From Acidobacteriota bacterium (lineage in GTDB: Bacteria > Acidobacteriota > UBA6911 > RPQK01 > JAJDTT01), in NCBI GenBank assembly GCA_965231825.1, contig OZ246889.1:4531692-4595691 (forward strand): a stretch of 64,000 nt of DNA. The letters run 5' to 3'. Within the stretch, counting starts at the first letter, position 1. Each line of letters starts with the position of its first letter. The notes under the pieces were generated by a model. That model was given only the letters and a program-made list of their open reading frames with translations, made no database searches and had not been told where the DNA came from. The translations under genes and the position numbers were made by a program. This document shows, piece by piece, positions 37,679 to 48,389 of the stretch.

Positions 37679-40600
37679 TCACTCCTTCGTAATGGCCTCG
37701 TCCAGGTTCAGGATAACGCTGGCGAGGCCGGCATAGGAAGCCAGTTCTTGCGGGTTCAGATTCTGATCGCGGGCCGACGCGCCCGCCGAGAGGTAGTCCA
37801 GCGCCTCCTGGGGCCGGGACTTGAAGTCCTCCTGGAACCGCTCCAGGGCCTGGAAGAGCGCGGTCTGCTCCGACGGCCGGGGCCGGCGGGCGGTGACCAG
37901 GCGGAAACCGTAGGCGACGCGAGCCAGGGGCGTTGCGCCGCCCTCCACCAGCATGCGTTCGGCCAACCGGCGCGACGCCTCCAGGTAGGTCTCGTCGTTC
38001 ATCAGGTTCAGGGCCTGAAGCGGCGTGTTGGTCCGGTCGGTCCGCACCGTGCAGGCTTCGCGGGTGGAGGCGTCGAACGTCACCATGGCCGGCGGAGCGA
38101 TGGTCCGTCTCCAGAAGGTATAGAGGCTCCTGCGATAGAGGCTCTCACCCTGGTCGGCCTCATAGCCCTTTTTGCTGGAGGTCAGCTCCTTCCATAGGCC
38201 GGGGGGCTGGTAAGGCTTGACCGAACGTCCGCCCAGCCTCTCTGCGAGCAGCCCGGAAACGGCCAGGGCCTGGTCCCGGATCACCGGGGCGGCCAGGCGA
38301 AAACGGGGCGCTCGGGCCAGCAGCAGGTTCTCGGGGTCCCGCTCGGACAGCTCCGGCGACTGACGGGAGGACTGGCGGTAGGTGGCGCTGGTCACCACGG
38401 TTCTGAGCAGCGCCTTGAGGTCCCAGCCGCTCTCCATGAACCCCGCGGACAACCAGTCCAGCAGCCGGGGATGGGTGGGGCGGTCCCCCTGGGAGCCGAA
38501 GTCCTCGGCAGTCCGAACCAGGCCGGCGCCGAACAGCATCTGCCAGAGCCGATTCACCGTCACGCGGGCCGTCAAGGGGTTGGACCGATCCACTAACCAA
38601 CGAGCCAGGCCCAGGCGGTCCGGGACCGGCGCCTCGAACTTCGAGTCGAGGGCCGACGGGACCCCCGGCTTCACCGGATCCGTGTGTGCGTCATAGGCGC
38701 CCCGGTCCAGAATGTAGGTCTGGCGTCGCTGGGACCGCTCCTTCATGACCATGACGGTGGGAAGGGAGTCGTAGTGGTCCTGGCGCCGCTTCCGGGCCTC
38801 CCGCAGGTCGAGGACCGCCTGCCGAACGGCCTCCGGTGCTTGGCCGCCCTCCAGGAAACAGAGGTCCAGCTTGTCCTGCTGGACGGCACTGCGATCCGAA
38901 GGGGAGAGGGCGGCGATCTCCGAGACCGGATCCAGGAGGCTGATCACCCGCGCCTCCCGGTCCGAGAGTGCCCGGTCGTAGACCCTGACTTCGTCGATGA
39001 ACCCGTCGAAGCGGTCGTCGGGACCCTCGCCGGCCCCGATCCGGAAGTCCCGTTTGGGGCCCATGGGGTTGAGCAGGTAGTCGAACAGCACCACCGGCTC
39101 CTGCAGGACGCCGTTCAGGTGGAGCCGGAACCCGCTGGCGTTGCGCTTGCCGTCGTAGCTCAGGACCACGTGGTGCCAGCGGTTCCGCTCCAGAACCTGC
39201 TCCGTCTCCAGGCGCGCGCCCAGGTCCGACCAGCGGTAGGTGAAGTTGAAGCGCAGTTTCCCTTCCCTCAGGTAGAGGCCGTAGCCGCGCCCCCGGAACC
39301 GGTCCACGACGCTGGAGAAGATGGCTCCCTCGCCGGTCCGGGGATAGAACCAGGCCGAGAGGGTGAACGGGTCCATGTAGTCGAAGCTGGCGACGGGACC
39401 GCCGTTGACAAAACGGCCGTCGAAGCGGCCCGCCCGGCCCTTTCGTCCCGGCACGAATTCCAATCCCTGCTCCGGACCGCCGTCCACGAAGGGAGGTTCA
39501 GGCGAGGGGTGTTCGGGCTCGGCCGGCTTCCCTTTGGCTTGCTCCTTCTCTTGCTCCTTCTTCTTCTCGGCTTCCTCCTCGAATACCCGCTTCAGGTTGC
39601 CCGTGGTCTCGGACCAATCGCCGTCCAAGGGGAAATGCACCAGCAAGCCGCGATCCAGGGTCCAGTCCACAACTTGGCCCTGCTCCCCGATCCGTGTTTC
39701 CCACGCGTGCTGAGCCTTTCTCCGTTCGTTTTCCAGTTCCTCGAAGCGGAGTCGCGCCTTCCGAACCTGGGCGTCCAGCTCATCCAAACGCGCCTTCTGA
39801 ACCGGCGTCGGCGCCTTGGCCACCGGATCTTCGTTGCCGTAGTTGTAGACGAAGCCCCGCTCGGGGACGTTGTTGAAGAAGGCGAAGAAACGGTAGTACT
39901 CCCGCTGGCTGATGGGATCGTACTTGTGATCGTGGCAGCGGGCGCACCCCACCGTCAGCCCCATCCAGACCGTCGAGGTGGTCTCCACCCGGTCGGCCAC
40001 GTACTCGACCCGCAGTTCCTCGTCGATGGAGCCTCCCTCGGCGCTGGTCCGGTGATTCCGGTTGAATCCGGTGGCGACGATCTGATCCTGCGTCGCTCCC
40101 TCCAGGAGGTCTCCCGCCAGTTGCTCGATGGTGAATTGATGGAACCCGAGGTTCCGGTTGAAGGCGTCGATGACCCAGTCCCGCCAGCGCCACATCTGCC
40201 GGATGCCGTCGCTCTGGTAGCCGTTGGTGTCGGCGTACCGGGCCGCTTCCAGCCAGCGAGCCGCCATGTGCTCGCCGTAGCGGGTGGAGCCGAGCAGGCG
40301 GTCCACCAGCTTCTCGTAGGCGTCGGGCGAAGGATCCTGCAAGAAGCGGTCCAGATCCTGGGGCGAGGGAGGCAGACCGGTCAGGTCCAGGGTCACACGG
40401 CGGATCAGCGTCTCCGGCGCAGCCTCGGGGGAGGGTGCGAGATTGTTCTCCTCCAAGCGATGCAGGACGAAGGCGTCGAGAGCGTTGCGGACCCAGGCGC
40501 GATTGCGGACCGGAGGCGGGTTTGGCCTGCGGACCGGGAGGAACGCCCAGTGGGGCTGCCATTGGGCGCCTTGGTCGATCCAGCTCTCGACCTGGCGGAT

Positions 40601-40951
40601 CTGGAGGTCGCTGAGGGGTTCGTGGCCCAGGAAGCCGGGGGGCATGCGGGAGGCCGGATCGGGGGTGGAGATCCTTTGGAAGAGGGGGCTCTGGCGGGCG
40701 TCGCCCGGGACTACCGCCGGCCCCTTTCCGTCCCGCTTGGCGGCGATGCCGGCAGCGGTGTCGAGACGCAGGGAGGCTTGGCGCTGGCCCGGGTCGGGGC
40801 CGTGGCAGGAGAAGCATTTCTCGGAGAGGATGGGCCGAATGTCGCGGTTGAAGTCGATGTCGGAGGGAGCGGTTGTCGCAGCCGCCAGTCCCGGGAGGGC
40901 AACTGCCAGACACCAGCCTAAAATGCAGATCCCGGACCGAAGTTCTGGCAT
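37679..40951 (-). CDS. PSCyt (planctomycete cytochrome c) + DUF1549 + LamG-like + DUF1553 protein
   Basis: 1090-aa ORF with signal peptide and heme motif CFSCHGPD. The DUF1549 segment is [13 protein letters not shown], and the [12 protein letters not shown] box is present. A ConA-like insert and a C-terminal DUF1553 region follow. Confidence 0.85.
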   Translation of the reverse strand: MPELRSGICILGWCLAVALPGLAAATTAPSDIDFNRDIRPILSEKCFSCHGPDPGQRQASLRLDTAAGIAAKRDGKGPAVVPGDARQSPLFQRISTPDPASRMPPGFLGHEPLSDLQIRQVESWIDQGAQWQPHWAFLPVRRPNPPPVRNRAWVRNALDAFVLHRLEENNLAPSPEAAPETLIRRVTLDLTGLPPSPQDLDRFLQDPSPDAYEKLVDRLLGSTRYGEHMAARWLEAARYADTNGYQSDGIRQMWRWRDWVIDAFNRNLGFHQFTIEQLAGDLLEGATQDQIVATGFNRNHRTSAEGGSIDEELRVEYVADRVETTSTVWMGLTVGCARCHDHKYDPISQREYYRFFAFFNNVPERGFVYNYGNEDPVAKAPTPVQKARLDELDAQVRKARLRFEELENERRKAQHAWETRIGEQGQVVDWTLDRGLLVHFPLDGDWSETTGNLKRVFEEEAEKKKEQEKEQAKGKPAEPEHPSPEPPFVDGGPEQGLEFVPGRKGRAGRFDGRFVNGGPVASFDYMDPFTLSAWFYPRTGEGAIFSSVVDRFRGRGYGLYLREGKLRFNFTYRWSDLGARLETEQVLERNRWHHVVLSYDGKRNASGFRLHLNGVLQEPVVLFDYLLNPMGPKRDFRIGAGEGPDDRFDGFIDEVRVYDRALSDREARVISLLDPVSEIAALSPSDRSAVQQDKLDLCFLEGGQAPEAVRQAVLDLREARKRRQDHYDSLPTVMVMKERSQRRQTYILDRGAYDAHTDPVKPGVPSALDSKFEAPVPDRLGLARWLVDRSNPLTARVTVNRLWQMLFGAGLVRTAEDFGSQGDRPTHPRLLDWLSAGFMESGWDLKALLRTVVTSATYRQSSRQSPELSERDPENLLLARAPRFRLAAPVIRDQALAVSGLLAERLGGRSVKPYQPPGLWKELTSSKKGYEADQGESLYRRSLYTFWRRTIAPPAMVTFDASTREACTVRTDRTNTPLQALNLMNDETYLEASRRLAERMLVEGGATPLARVAYGFRLVTARRPRPSEQTALFQALERFQEDFKSRPQEALDYLSAGASARDQNLNPQELASYAGLASVILNLDEAITKE

Positions 40952-41050
40952 GATCCCCCGCGGCCATCCCCGGTCGGATGCCGTAGTGACTGTTGCCGAC
41001 GGATGGGAGTTATCTTAGCCAAGCGGGGGTCTTTCAGGCAACGAAACGAT

Positions 41051-41179
41051 AGGAGGAGTGATTTTTAGTCGCCCGTTCGATTGGAAGACGCTGCGCGGAG
41101 TGGGGACTCCGTCCCCCCAAGACCCCCCTAATCGGCGCCTGAAAGACGCCGCTCCTGGCGACAAGAAAGTCGCCGCTCC
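41051..41179. repeat. composite REP-like element (type C), single copy, reverse orientation relative to the 43980-44716 array
   Basis: Aligns to the reverse complement of the 124-bp unit: ...GAAGACGCTGCGCGGAGT-GGGGAC-TCC-GTCCCC-CCAAGACCCCCC...CGGCG-CCTGAAAGA-CGCCG-CTCC, plus GGCGAC-AAGAAA-GTCGCC. Confidence 0.7.
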
Positions 41180-41206
41180 GGCCGGACTCAAGTAGGATGG
41201 CGGCAG

Positions 41207-42517
41207 ATGTTGGAACAAGCGGCGGGCAGCTTGCCGGCGGACGCGGCGCCCGCTTCCCGCCGGGCCGTCGTCTCCTGGTGCTTTTACGATTTCGCCAATT
41301 CCCCCTTCACCACACTGGTGGTGACCTTCATCTACGCATCCTACTTCACCCAGGCCATCGCCCCCGACACGATCTCGGGGACGCTGTCCTGGTCCCGGGC
41401 CGTTACCATAACCGCCGTCGCCGTGGCCCTGCTGTCACCGATTCTGGGGGTGGTCGCGGATCGGGGCGGCTACCGCAAGTTCTTCCTGTTGGTGTGGTCC
41501 GTCGCCTGCGTCCTCTTCACGGCCCTGCTCTATTTGCCCCTCCCGGGCCAGGTCTTCGAGGCCCTGCTCTGGTTCACTCTGGCCAACATCTCCTTCGAGC
41601 TGGCCCTGGTCTTCTACAATGCAATGCTTCCCGACATCGCTCCCCAGGATCGCATCGGGCGCATCTCCGGGTACGGGTGGTCCCTGGGTTACGTGGGCGG
41701 CCTCGCCGCCATGGCCGTGGCCTTCTTCGGATTCGTGGATGCGGAGGTTCCCTGGTTCGGTTTCACCCGGGAGGCCGGCGCCCACATTCGAGCTACGAAC
41801 CTGCTGGTCGCCGCCTGGTTTGCCGTCTTCACCCTGCCCTTGTTGTTCTGGGTACGAGAGACGCAGACTCGAACCCGGTTTTCTTCCCGGATGCTGTTTT
41901 CCTCATTCCGCCACTTAGCGGTCGCCATCCGCGACGTGCGCCGCTACCGGGAGATCACCAAGCTCCTCCTGGCCCGGTTGCTGTACAACGACGGCCTGGT
42001 GACCATCTTCGCCTTCGGGGGGATCTACGCCACCGGGACGTTCGGCTTCACTTTCTCGGAACTGATGATCTTCGGGCTGGCCCTGAACGTGGCGGCCGGC
42101 GTCGGCGCCTTCTTCCTGGGCCACCTGGACGACCGGATCGGCGGGAAGCGGACCATCCAGATCAGCCTCTGTGGGCTTATCATCGCCGCCCTCGTCGCCA
42201 TCCTGACCACCAGCCGCCTCATGTTTTGGGGCGCCTGCATCCTGGTCGGCATCTGCTCCGGTCCCAACCAATCCGCCAGCCGTTCTCTCCTGGGCCGTTT
42301 CGTCCCCCGGGAAAAGGAGAACGAGTTTTACGGCCTCTTCGCCTTTTCGGGCAAAGCGACTGCGTTTCTGGGACCGTTCCTGGTGGGCGTATTGACCAGC
42401 CATTTCGATTCCCAGAGGGTGGGTATGTCGACCATGCTCTTCTTTTTCGCCGCCGGGCTCTGGCTCCTTCGCTACGTGGACGAAGAAAAGGGCTGCCGGG
42501 AGTCGGGAAGGAACTGA
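41207..42517 (+). CDS. MFS transporter, UMF1 family
   Basis: 436-aa polytopic ORF. SWCFYDFANSPFTT is the characteristic UMF1/Atg22-like N-terminal motif. Confidence 0.8.
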   Translation: MLEQAAGSLPADAAPASRRAVVSWCFYDFANSPFTTLVVTFIYASYFTQAIAPDTISGTLSWSRAVTITAVAVALLSPILGVVADRGGYRKFFLLVWSVACVLFTALLYLPLPGQVFEALLWFTLANISFELALVFYNAMLPDIAPQDRIGRISGYGWSLGYVGGLAAMAVAFFGFVDAEVPWFGFTREAGAHIRATNLLVAAWFAVFTLPLLFWVRETQTRTRFSSRMLFSSFRHLAVAIRDVRRYREITKLLLARLLYNDGLVTIFAFGGIYATGTFGFTFSELMIFGLALNVAAGVGAFFLGHLDDRIGGKRTIQISLCGLIIAALVAILTTSRLMFWGACILVGICSGPNQSASRSLLGRFVPREKENEFYGLFAFSGKATAFLGPFLVGVLTSHFDSQRVGMSTMLFFFAAGLWLLRYVDEEKGCRESGRN

Positions 42518-42622
42518 CGCGGCTACAAGACGGGCGGGGTTCGACATCCCCGGTGGGACCGGGTTATCCTTTCGCGGGTTTGTGATTCCGGCGTTTTAGA
42601 AAATCAGTGTGAGGAGAGATTC

Positions 42623-43954
42623 ATGACTCAGAGCGTTGCCACGATAACGGAGAGTTTTCGAGCCCGGACGGCTCGGTCGCGCGAACTGTACGAGGGAGGG
42701 ACCTCGTACACGGCGGGTCCGGCCAAGGGGGCCTACTACTACCGTCCCTATCCTCTCACCATGGACCGGGGAGAGGGCACCCGTCTCTGGGACGTGGACG
42801 GGAATGAATACCTGGATTGCGCCAATCACCACACGGCACAGGTGCTCGGGCACAACCATCCTCGAGTGATGGAGGCCGTCTACGCCCAGATTCCCAGGGG
42901 CTTGGCCGTGGGCGCTCCCATGGGGACGGAAGCCCCCATCGCCGAGGAGATGTGCCGAAGGGTCGACTCCCTGGACCGGATCCGCTTCGTCAATTCGGGA
43001 ACCGAAGCCACCCTGCACGCGATTCGGCTGGCTCGCGGATTTACCGGGAAGACGAAGATCGCCAAGTTCGAAGGGGGCTATCACGGCAGTCATGATGCGG
43101 TGGAGGTCAGTGTCGCGCCGCCTCTGGCCAAGGCGGGTCCGGCCCATGCGCCCAACTCCGTTCCGGGGGCGGGAGGAAGTTCCCCCAGCGTGGCCGACGA
43201 GGTCGTAATCCTGCCCTACAACGACGAAGAGGCGGTGGAACGGCTCATCCTGGAGAACCGGGAAGATCTGGCCTGCGTCATTTTCGATCCCAAGTGCGGG
43301 ATCCTGCGCATCCGCCCCGAATTTGCCCAGGCGGTCCGACGGATCACCCGGGAGAACGGCGTCCTCCTCATCTTTGACGAGATCGTCGCTTTCCGCTCGG
43401 CTCCGGGAGGACTCCAGGCCGTATTCGGCATCGACCCCGACCTGACCTGCTTCGGGAAGATCGTGGGAGGCGGCTTCCCCGTCGGAGCTTTCGGCGGAAG
43501 AGCCGACCTGATGGATCTCCTGGACAGCAGCAAGCCCGGGACCGGGTTTTCCCAGAGTGGGACCTTCAGCGCCCATCCCCTGGCCATGGCGGCCGGCCTG
43601 GCGATGCTCCAGGAACTGACACGCGAAGCCTGCGATCATCTGAACCGGCTCGGGGACCGGCTCACCAACGGCCTCAACCGGATGTTCGCCCGCCAAGGCA
43701 TCGTCGCCCAGGCCGTGAATACGGGCTCCGTCTTCAGCATCTACTTCGGCGACCACGAACTGCGGAACTACCGCGACCTGGCCGCCCTCGACAGCTCACT
43801 CGTGGCCCCCACCTTCCTGGCGCTGCTGGAAGAGGGGTACTTCCTGGGTCACACGCTGGGCATGTGCGCCCTCTCGGTGCCCATGACCGACGACGACATT
43901 GACGGACTCATCGAAGCGACCGGCCGCGCCATCGCCCGAGCCCAAGCCGAATAG
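42623..43954 (+). CDS. class-III (PLP-dependent) aminotransferase / aminomutase family protein
   Basis: 443-aa ORF with GAGGAGAG upstream. DVDGNEYLDC...NSGTEATLHAIRLAR...FDEIV.FR...GKI.GGGFP are class-III aminotransferase motifs (PLP Lys in GKIVGGG). Confidence 0.85.
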   Translation: MTQSVATITESFRARTARSRELYEGGTSYTAGPAKGAYYYRPYPLTMDRGEGTRLWDVDGNEYLDCANHHTAQVLGHNHPRVMEAVYAQIPRGLAVGAPMGTEAPIAEEMCRRVDSLDRIRFVNSGTEATLHAIRLARGFTGKTKIAKFEGGYHGSHDAVEVSVAPPLAKAGPAHAPNSVPGAGGSSPSVADEVVILPYNDEEAVERLILENREDLACVIFDPKCGILRIRPEFAQAVRRITRENGVLLIFDEIVAFRSAPGGLQAVFGIDPDLTCFGKIVGGGFPVGAFGGRADLMDLLDSSKPGTGFSQSGTFSAHPLAMAAGLAMLQELTREACDHLNRLGDRLTNGLNRMFARQGIVAQAVNTGSVFSIYFGDHELRNYRDLAALDSSLVAPTFLALLEEGYFLGHTLGMCALSVPMTDDDIDGLIEATGRAIARAQAE

Positions 43955-43979
43955 AAGCGACTTCCTTGCCGCCGAATGG

Positions 43980-44716
43980 GAGCGGCGGCATCCCTGCCGC
44001 CGACAGGGGGGTCTTGGGGGGAACGGCAGTCCCCACTCCGCGTAGCGTCTTCCCAATAGCCGAATCGAACAACGGGCGATTGGAAATCGCCCCTCCCCTC
44101 AGCGGAGCGGCGGCATCCCTGCCGCCGACAGGGGGGTCTTGGGGGGACGGCAGTCCCCACTCCGCGTAGCGTCTTCCCAATAGCCGAATCGAACAACGGG
44201 CGATTGGAAATCGCCCCTCCCCTCAGCGGAGCGGCGGCATCCCTGCCGCCGGCAGGGGGGTCTTGGGGGGAACGGCAGTCCCCACCCCGCGTAGCGTCTT
44301 CCCAATAGCCGAATCGAACAACGGGCGACCAAAAATCGCCCCTCCCCTCAGCGGAGCGGCGGCATCCTTGCCGCCGACAGGGGGGTCTTGGGGGGACGGC
44401 AGTCCCCACTCCGCGTAGCGTCTTCCCAATAGCCGAATCGAACAACGGGCGATTGGAAATCGCCCCTCCCCTCAGCGGAGCGGCGGCATCCCTGCCGCCG
44501 GCAGGGGGGTCTTGGGGGGACGGCAGTCCCCACCCCGCGTAGCGTCTTCCCAATAGCCGAATCGAACAACGGGCGACTAAAAATCGCCCCTCCCCTCAGC
44601 GGAGCGGCGGCATCCTTGCCGCCGGCAGGGGGGTCTTGGGGGGACGGCAGTCCCCACTCCGCGTAGCGTCTTCCCAATAGCCGAATCGAACAACGGGCGA
44701 CTAAAAATCGCCCCTC
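43980..44716. repeat. tandem array: 6 head-to-tail copies of a 124-125 bp three-hairpin unit (type C)
   Basis: Unit starts are at 43980, 44105, 44229, 44354, 44478 and 44602. The last copy is truncated where it meets the TAG stop at 44717-44719. Unit sequence: GAGCGGCGGCATCCCTGCCGCCGACAGGGGGGTCTTGGGGGGACGGCAGTCCCCACTCCGCGTAGCGTCTTCCCAATAGCCGAATCGAACAACGGGCGATTGGAAATCGCCCCTCCCCTCAGCG. Confidence 0.95.
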
Positions 44717-45760
44717 CTATCCGCTATTGACCACGGTATTCCGATCCTCTCCCTGCAGCGGCAGCTCGACCCAGGCGCCGGAGCGCGCGTGGGAGAGGTG
44801 AAACCCGGCAATCGCTTCCAACGTCTCGACCGCTTCCACAGCCGGATAGGGAAAAGACGCGGTCCCCTCCATCCAATCCACGATCTCACAGACCGCCACG
44901 TCCATCGACGTGGCTTGAGCCCGGGGACTGGGCCATTCCTCGCTACGACCGTCCCAGTACTCCATCCGCACCTCCTCACCTCCCGTGGTGGCCCGACCCT
45001 CGGTGCCATTGAAGCCGATTACCATGGGAACCCGGGCGTAGTCGGCGGCGTCCACGGTCGTCATCAGTCCCCCTTCCAACCGCATCACACCCCATCCTCC
45101 CGGATCCTGAAACGCCGGTCCCCGGCAGTCCGGCTTCCCGGCCAGATCCAGCGTCCCCGAAACCGCCTCCACCCGGCGGCCGGTGATAAGCCGGATGGCG
45201 TCCAAGACATGGGTCCCCACGTTTCCCAGGCGCCCGGAGCTCCACTGGGCCGTCACCGAAGTCAACTCACCCAGACCCCCGGCGGCGATATGGTCCCGCA
45301 GTCTCCGATAATTGGGATTGAACCGCCGGTTGTGGTTGATGGCCAGCAACGACCCGGCTTCGTCGCAGGCCTCCACCATGTCGTGACCGTCGGCCGCGGT
45401 GTTGGCGATGGGTTTCTCGCAGAAAATGGCCCGGACCCCCTGCCGTGCAGAGGCCACCGTCATCTCCTTGTGAACCGGGGTATAGGTGGCGACACTCACG
45501 ATGTCGGGCTTCTCCTGCTCCAGCATCTCCCGCCAGTCCGCATACGTCCCGATCCCGGTCCGTTGGGTGAATCGTTCCCGGCGTCCCAAATCCCGGCTGC
45601 TCCCGGCCACCACCTCGACCCGCGGATGATTGGCCAAGGCTTCGATGTGGGTCCCGTCCAGGTCCACCACCAGCTGACCCAACGCGTCTCCGGAAACCTG
45701 GTCCGCGCCGCCGATGTAGCCCAGACCCATGATCACTGCCCGATGCGATTGATTCGTCAT
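44717..45760 (-). CDS. Gfo/Idh/MocA family oxidoreductase
   Basis: Start moved to ATG 45760 (MTNQSHRAVIMGLGYIGG). The CEKPIA motif is present. Confidence 0.85.
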   Translation of the reverse strand: MTNQSHRAVIMGLGYIGGADQVSGDALGQLVVDLDGTHIEALANHPRVEVVAGSSRDLGRRERFTQRTGIGTYADWREMLEQEKPDIVSVATYTPVHKEMTVASARQGVRAIFCEKPIANTAADGHDMVEACDEAGSLLAINHNRRFNPNYRRLRDHIAAGGLGELTSVTAQWSSGRLGNVGTHVLDAIRLITGRRVEAVSGTLDLAGKPDCRGPAFQDPGGWGVMRLEGGLMTTVDAADYARVPMVIGFNGTEGRATTGGEEVRMEYWDGRSEEWPSPRAQATSMDVAVCEIVDWMEGTASFPYPAVEAVETLEAIAGFHLSHARSGAWVELPLQGEDRNTVVNSG

Positions 45761-45991
45761 TCGTTTCACTCCCAAATAGTTGTCTTACAGTTGTCCAAAC
45801 CGGCCTCAAGATACCGCAAAACGAGGAGGGAGGAGCGGTTGGCCGGTTCTCACTTTTTCTCCCTCTGGTTATGATGGGACGTTCCATCGACAACAATTCG
45901 TCGATCGACTTGGAAACACTTGTGGAATGCCGGTGGGTTCCCTGTCGATCGCCTGTGGATTCCCTGTGAATCCGCGACTGGAGGGATTTCC

Positions 45992-47872
45992 ATGACGGCA
46001 CAACGAACCTGGTTGCCGGTGGCTGCGGCCGCCCTCGCCATCGGATTGACTCTCACCTCCCATGCCCGGCCCCCCGAAGGCCCGATTCAGGTCCGGATCT
46101 GGAAGAACGTCATGGTGCCGATGCGAGACGGCGTCCGCCTGGCCACCGACGTCTACCTGCCCAACGGCGAGACCACGCCTCCCGGTCCCTTCCCCACCAT
46201 CCTCATTCGGCACCCCTACGGGAAGATCAGGTCGGGCGCGACCGGCGAGTTCTTCACCACCCACGGCTACGCGGTGGCGATCCAGGACACTCGTGGCCGA
46301 TACGACTCGGAGGGGGAATTCTACATCTACGTCAACGAGGGCGAGGACGGATACGACGCCGTGGAATGGATCGCCGCCCAATCCTGGTCCAACGGCGACG
46401 TGGGGACCTACGGTGGATCCTACGGGGCCGCCTGCCAGAACGCTCTGGCGGCCCTGAGACCGCCTCACCTGAGGACCATGTTCGCCTACGTGGGCACCTC
46501 CAACTACATCGAGGACGGAGCGGGCCGAGGGGGCGCATTCGCCTTGCTGCACAACATGGCCTACGGGTTCCGCCTGGCGCAGTTGGGAAAGGAGGCCCAG
46601 TCCGCCGAACCCGACCAGGAGGAGGAAACTCCCACCCGCCTGGCCCTGAACCGGGCCAACGAGCAACTGGCGAACTGGCTCATGCGGGCGCCCCTCAAGT
46701 CCACCTCGCCGTTGTCCTGGGCGCCCTCCTACGCCAAGTGGTACGCCGACTGGCGGGCGCATCCCACCTACGACGCCTATTGGAAGCAGAACGGCTACAA
46801 CTTCGAGGAGCGCTACGCCCAATACCCGGACATCCCCATCTGCTTCATCGGCGGCTGGTACGACATCTTCAAGCGCGGGACCCTGAAGAACTTCCAGGGC
46901 CTGTCAGGCCGGCAGGGTTACGTCCATCTGGAGGTGGGACCCTGGACCCACTCCACCGGCCGCACCTACGCCGGGGACGTGGACTTCGGTCCGGAGGTGA
47001 AGATGACGCTCAAGAAGAAGGCGGTGAAATGGTTCGACCAGTTCCTCAAGGGAAAGGACCTGGGCTTGGAGCAGCAGCCTCCAGTCAAGTATTTCGTCAT
47101 GGGCGCCAAAGAGTCGAAGCGCAACGAAAAAGGGAGGCTCCAGAGCGGTGGCGCCTGGAAGAGCTCCGAGGCATGGCCCCCTGCAGGGAGCCGGCAACTG
47201 CGTCTTTATCTGCACGGCGACGGCAGCCTTCGCCGCGAGCCGCCTGGCGAACCGGGTACAAGCGGGTTCGAATACGATCCCAGGCGACCGGTGCCCACCA
47301 TCGGCGGCAACATCGACTCGGGTAAGCAACTGGTGCGCCGCGGCGCTCACAACCAGACCCCCATCGAGGGAGAATTCGCGGCCACGGACCTGCTGCCCCT
47401 CTCTTCCCGCTCCGACGTGCTCTCCTTCCAAACGCCGCCCCTCGAGGAGGACCTGGAGATCGCCGGTCCCATGCGGGTGGAGCTCCGGGTCTCCTCCACG
47501 GCCAAGGACACCGACTTCACGGCCAAGCTCATGGACGTCTATCCGCCCTCTACCGACTATCCGGAGGGGTACGCCATGAACCTGGAGGACGGCATCCTCA
47601 GGATGCGCTTCCGGGAATCTCGGGAACGGGAGCACCTCATGGAGCCGGGCACCGTCTACCGGATCGAAATCGACCTCTGGGACACGGCCAATCGTTTCCA
47701 CAAGGGACACCGGGTCCGCCTGGACATCTCCAGCAGCAACTTCCCCTTCTATGACGTCAACCCCAATACCGGAGAGTTTCTGGGACGCCACACCCATATG
47801 AAGACCGCAGTGAACACGGTCTACCATGCGCCCGATGGAGCTTCGGCGCTGATCCTGACCGTGCCGGAATAG
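45992..47872 (+). CDS. CocE/NonD family hydrolase (X-Pro dipeptidyl-peptidase S15-like), secreted
   Basis: Start moved to ATG 45992, which has GGAGGGA upstream and gives a signal peptide MTAQRTWLPVAAAALAIGLTLTSHA. RDGVRLATDVYLP...RGRYDSEGEF...DGYDAVEWIA...GGSYGA nucleophile region. Confidence 0.85.
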   Translation: MTAQRTWLPVAAAALAIGLTLTSHARPPEGPIQVRIWKNVMVPMRDGVRLATDVYLPNGETTPPGPFPTILIRHPYGKIRSGATGEFFTTHGYAVAIQDTRGRYDSEGEFYIYVNEGEDGYDAVEWIAAQSWSNGDVGTYGGSYGAACQNALAALRPPHLRTMFAYVGTSNYIEDGAGRGGAFALLHNMAYGFRLAQLGKEAQSAEPDQEEETPTRLALNRANEQLANWLMRAPLKSTSPLSWAPSYAKWYADWRAHPTYDAYWKQNGYNFEERYAQYPDIPICFIGGWYDIFKRGTLKNFQGLSGRQGYVHLEVGPWTHSTGRTYAGDVDFGPEVKMTLKKKAVKWFDQFLKGKDLGLEQQPPVKYFVMGAKESKRNEKGRLQSGGAWKSSEAWPPAGSRQLRLYLHGDGSLRREPPGEPGTSGFEYDPRRPVPTIGGNIDSGKQLVRRGAHNQTPIEGEFAATDLLPLSSRSDVLSFQTPPLEEDLEIAGPMRVELRVSSTAKDTDFTAKLMDVYPPSTDYPEGYAMNLEDGILRMRFRESREREHLMEPGTVYRIEIDLWDTANRFHKGHRVRLDISSSNFPFYDVNPNTGEFLGRHTHMKTAVNTVYHAPDGASALILTVPE

Positions 47873-47990
47873 CCGCACAGCCTCCGGCAAGCGGCCCGGT
47901 GCAGAGCCGAAGTGTTACAATCTGCGGGCCGGCGAAACCGGGATCACGCCGGCCACGGCACATTCCACGAAGTTGCGGAGAAAAGGACCC

Positions 47991-48389
47991 ATGCGAAGAT
48001 TCACGATTCGACTCGTCCTGAGCCTGTTCGGCAGCGGCCTGCTCCTGTTGGCCGCCGGCACCCACGACTGGGAGGCCCCCGAAGAGGCCAAGAAGATGAA
48101 GAACCCCCACGCGTCCACCGACGAAGCCATGACCCTGGCCAGGACCCAATACGACGAGAACTGCAAGTTCTGCCACGGTGAGACCGGCGGGGCGGATGGT
48201 CCGGTGGCGGGAATGCTCAAAGAAAAGCCCCCTTCGTTCAAAGATGCCGAAGTCATGGCCAAGGTCACCGACGGTGAACTCTTCTGGAAGATCACCAACG
48301 GAAAAGACCCCATGCCCGGCTACCAGAAGAAGCTCTCCGACGAGGAGCGGTGGCAACTGGTGAACCTCATCCGAACCTTCAACAAATGA
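47991..48389 (+). CDS. monoheme c-type cytochrome (class I), secreted
   Basis: Start moved to ATG 47991 (signal MRRFTIRLVLSLFGSGLLLLAAG). It has a single CKFCHG heme motif, and PMPGY supplies the distal Met. The stop overlaps the next start (ATGA). Confidence 0.8.
   Translation: MRRFTIRLVLSLFGSGLLLLAAGTHDWEAPEEAKKMKNPHASTDEAMTLARTQYDENCKFCHGETGGADGPVAGMLKEKPPSFKDAEVMAKVTDGELFWKITNGKDPMPGYQKKLSDEERWQLVNLIRTFNK

Noticed and set aside
39530-39590. CTT/CTC-rich low-complexity stretch inside the PSCyt gene
   Set aside because: It simply encodes a Lys/Glu-rich linker ([17 protein letters not shown]) on the minus strand, which is ordinary inter-domain low complexity.
42535-42562. tRNA-like T-arm (GGGGTTCGACATCCCC followed by GGTGGGACC)
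   Set aside because: No complementary acceptor 5' strand, D-arm or anticodon arm is found upstream, where the sequence runs into the MFS gene stop. At most it is a chance hairpin/terminator or a tRNA 3' fragment.
43849-44677. Several ORFs (up to 234 aa, e.g. MGRRYAEWGLPSPQDPP...) on the minus strand across the tandem array
   Set aside because: They are periodic translations of the 124-bp repeat in different frames. They have no start context and give low-complexity repeated peptides, so they are artefacts of the repeat.
43980-44716. Possible CRISPR array
   Set aside because: The whole 124-125 bp unit repeats with no unique spacers. The unit is far longer than CRISPR repeats, and no cas genes are in the window.
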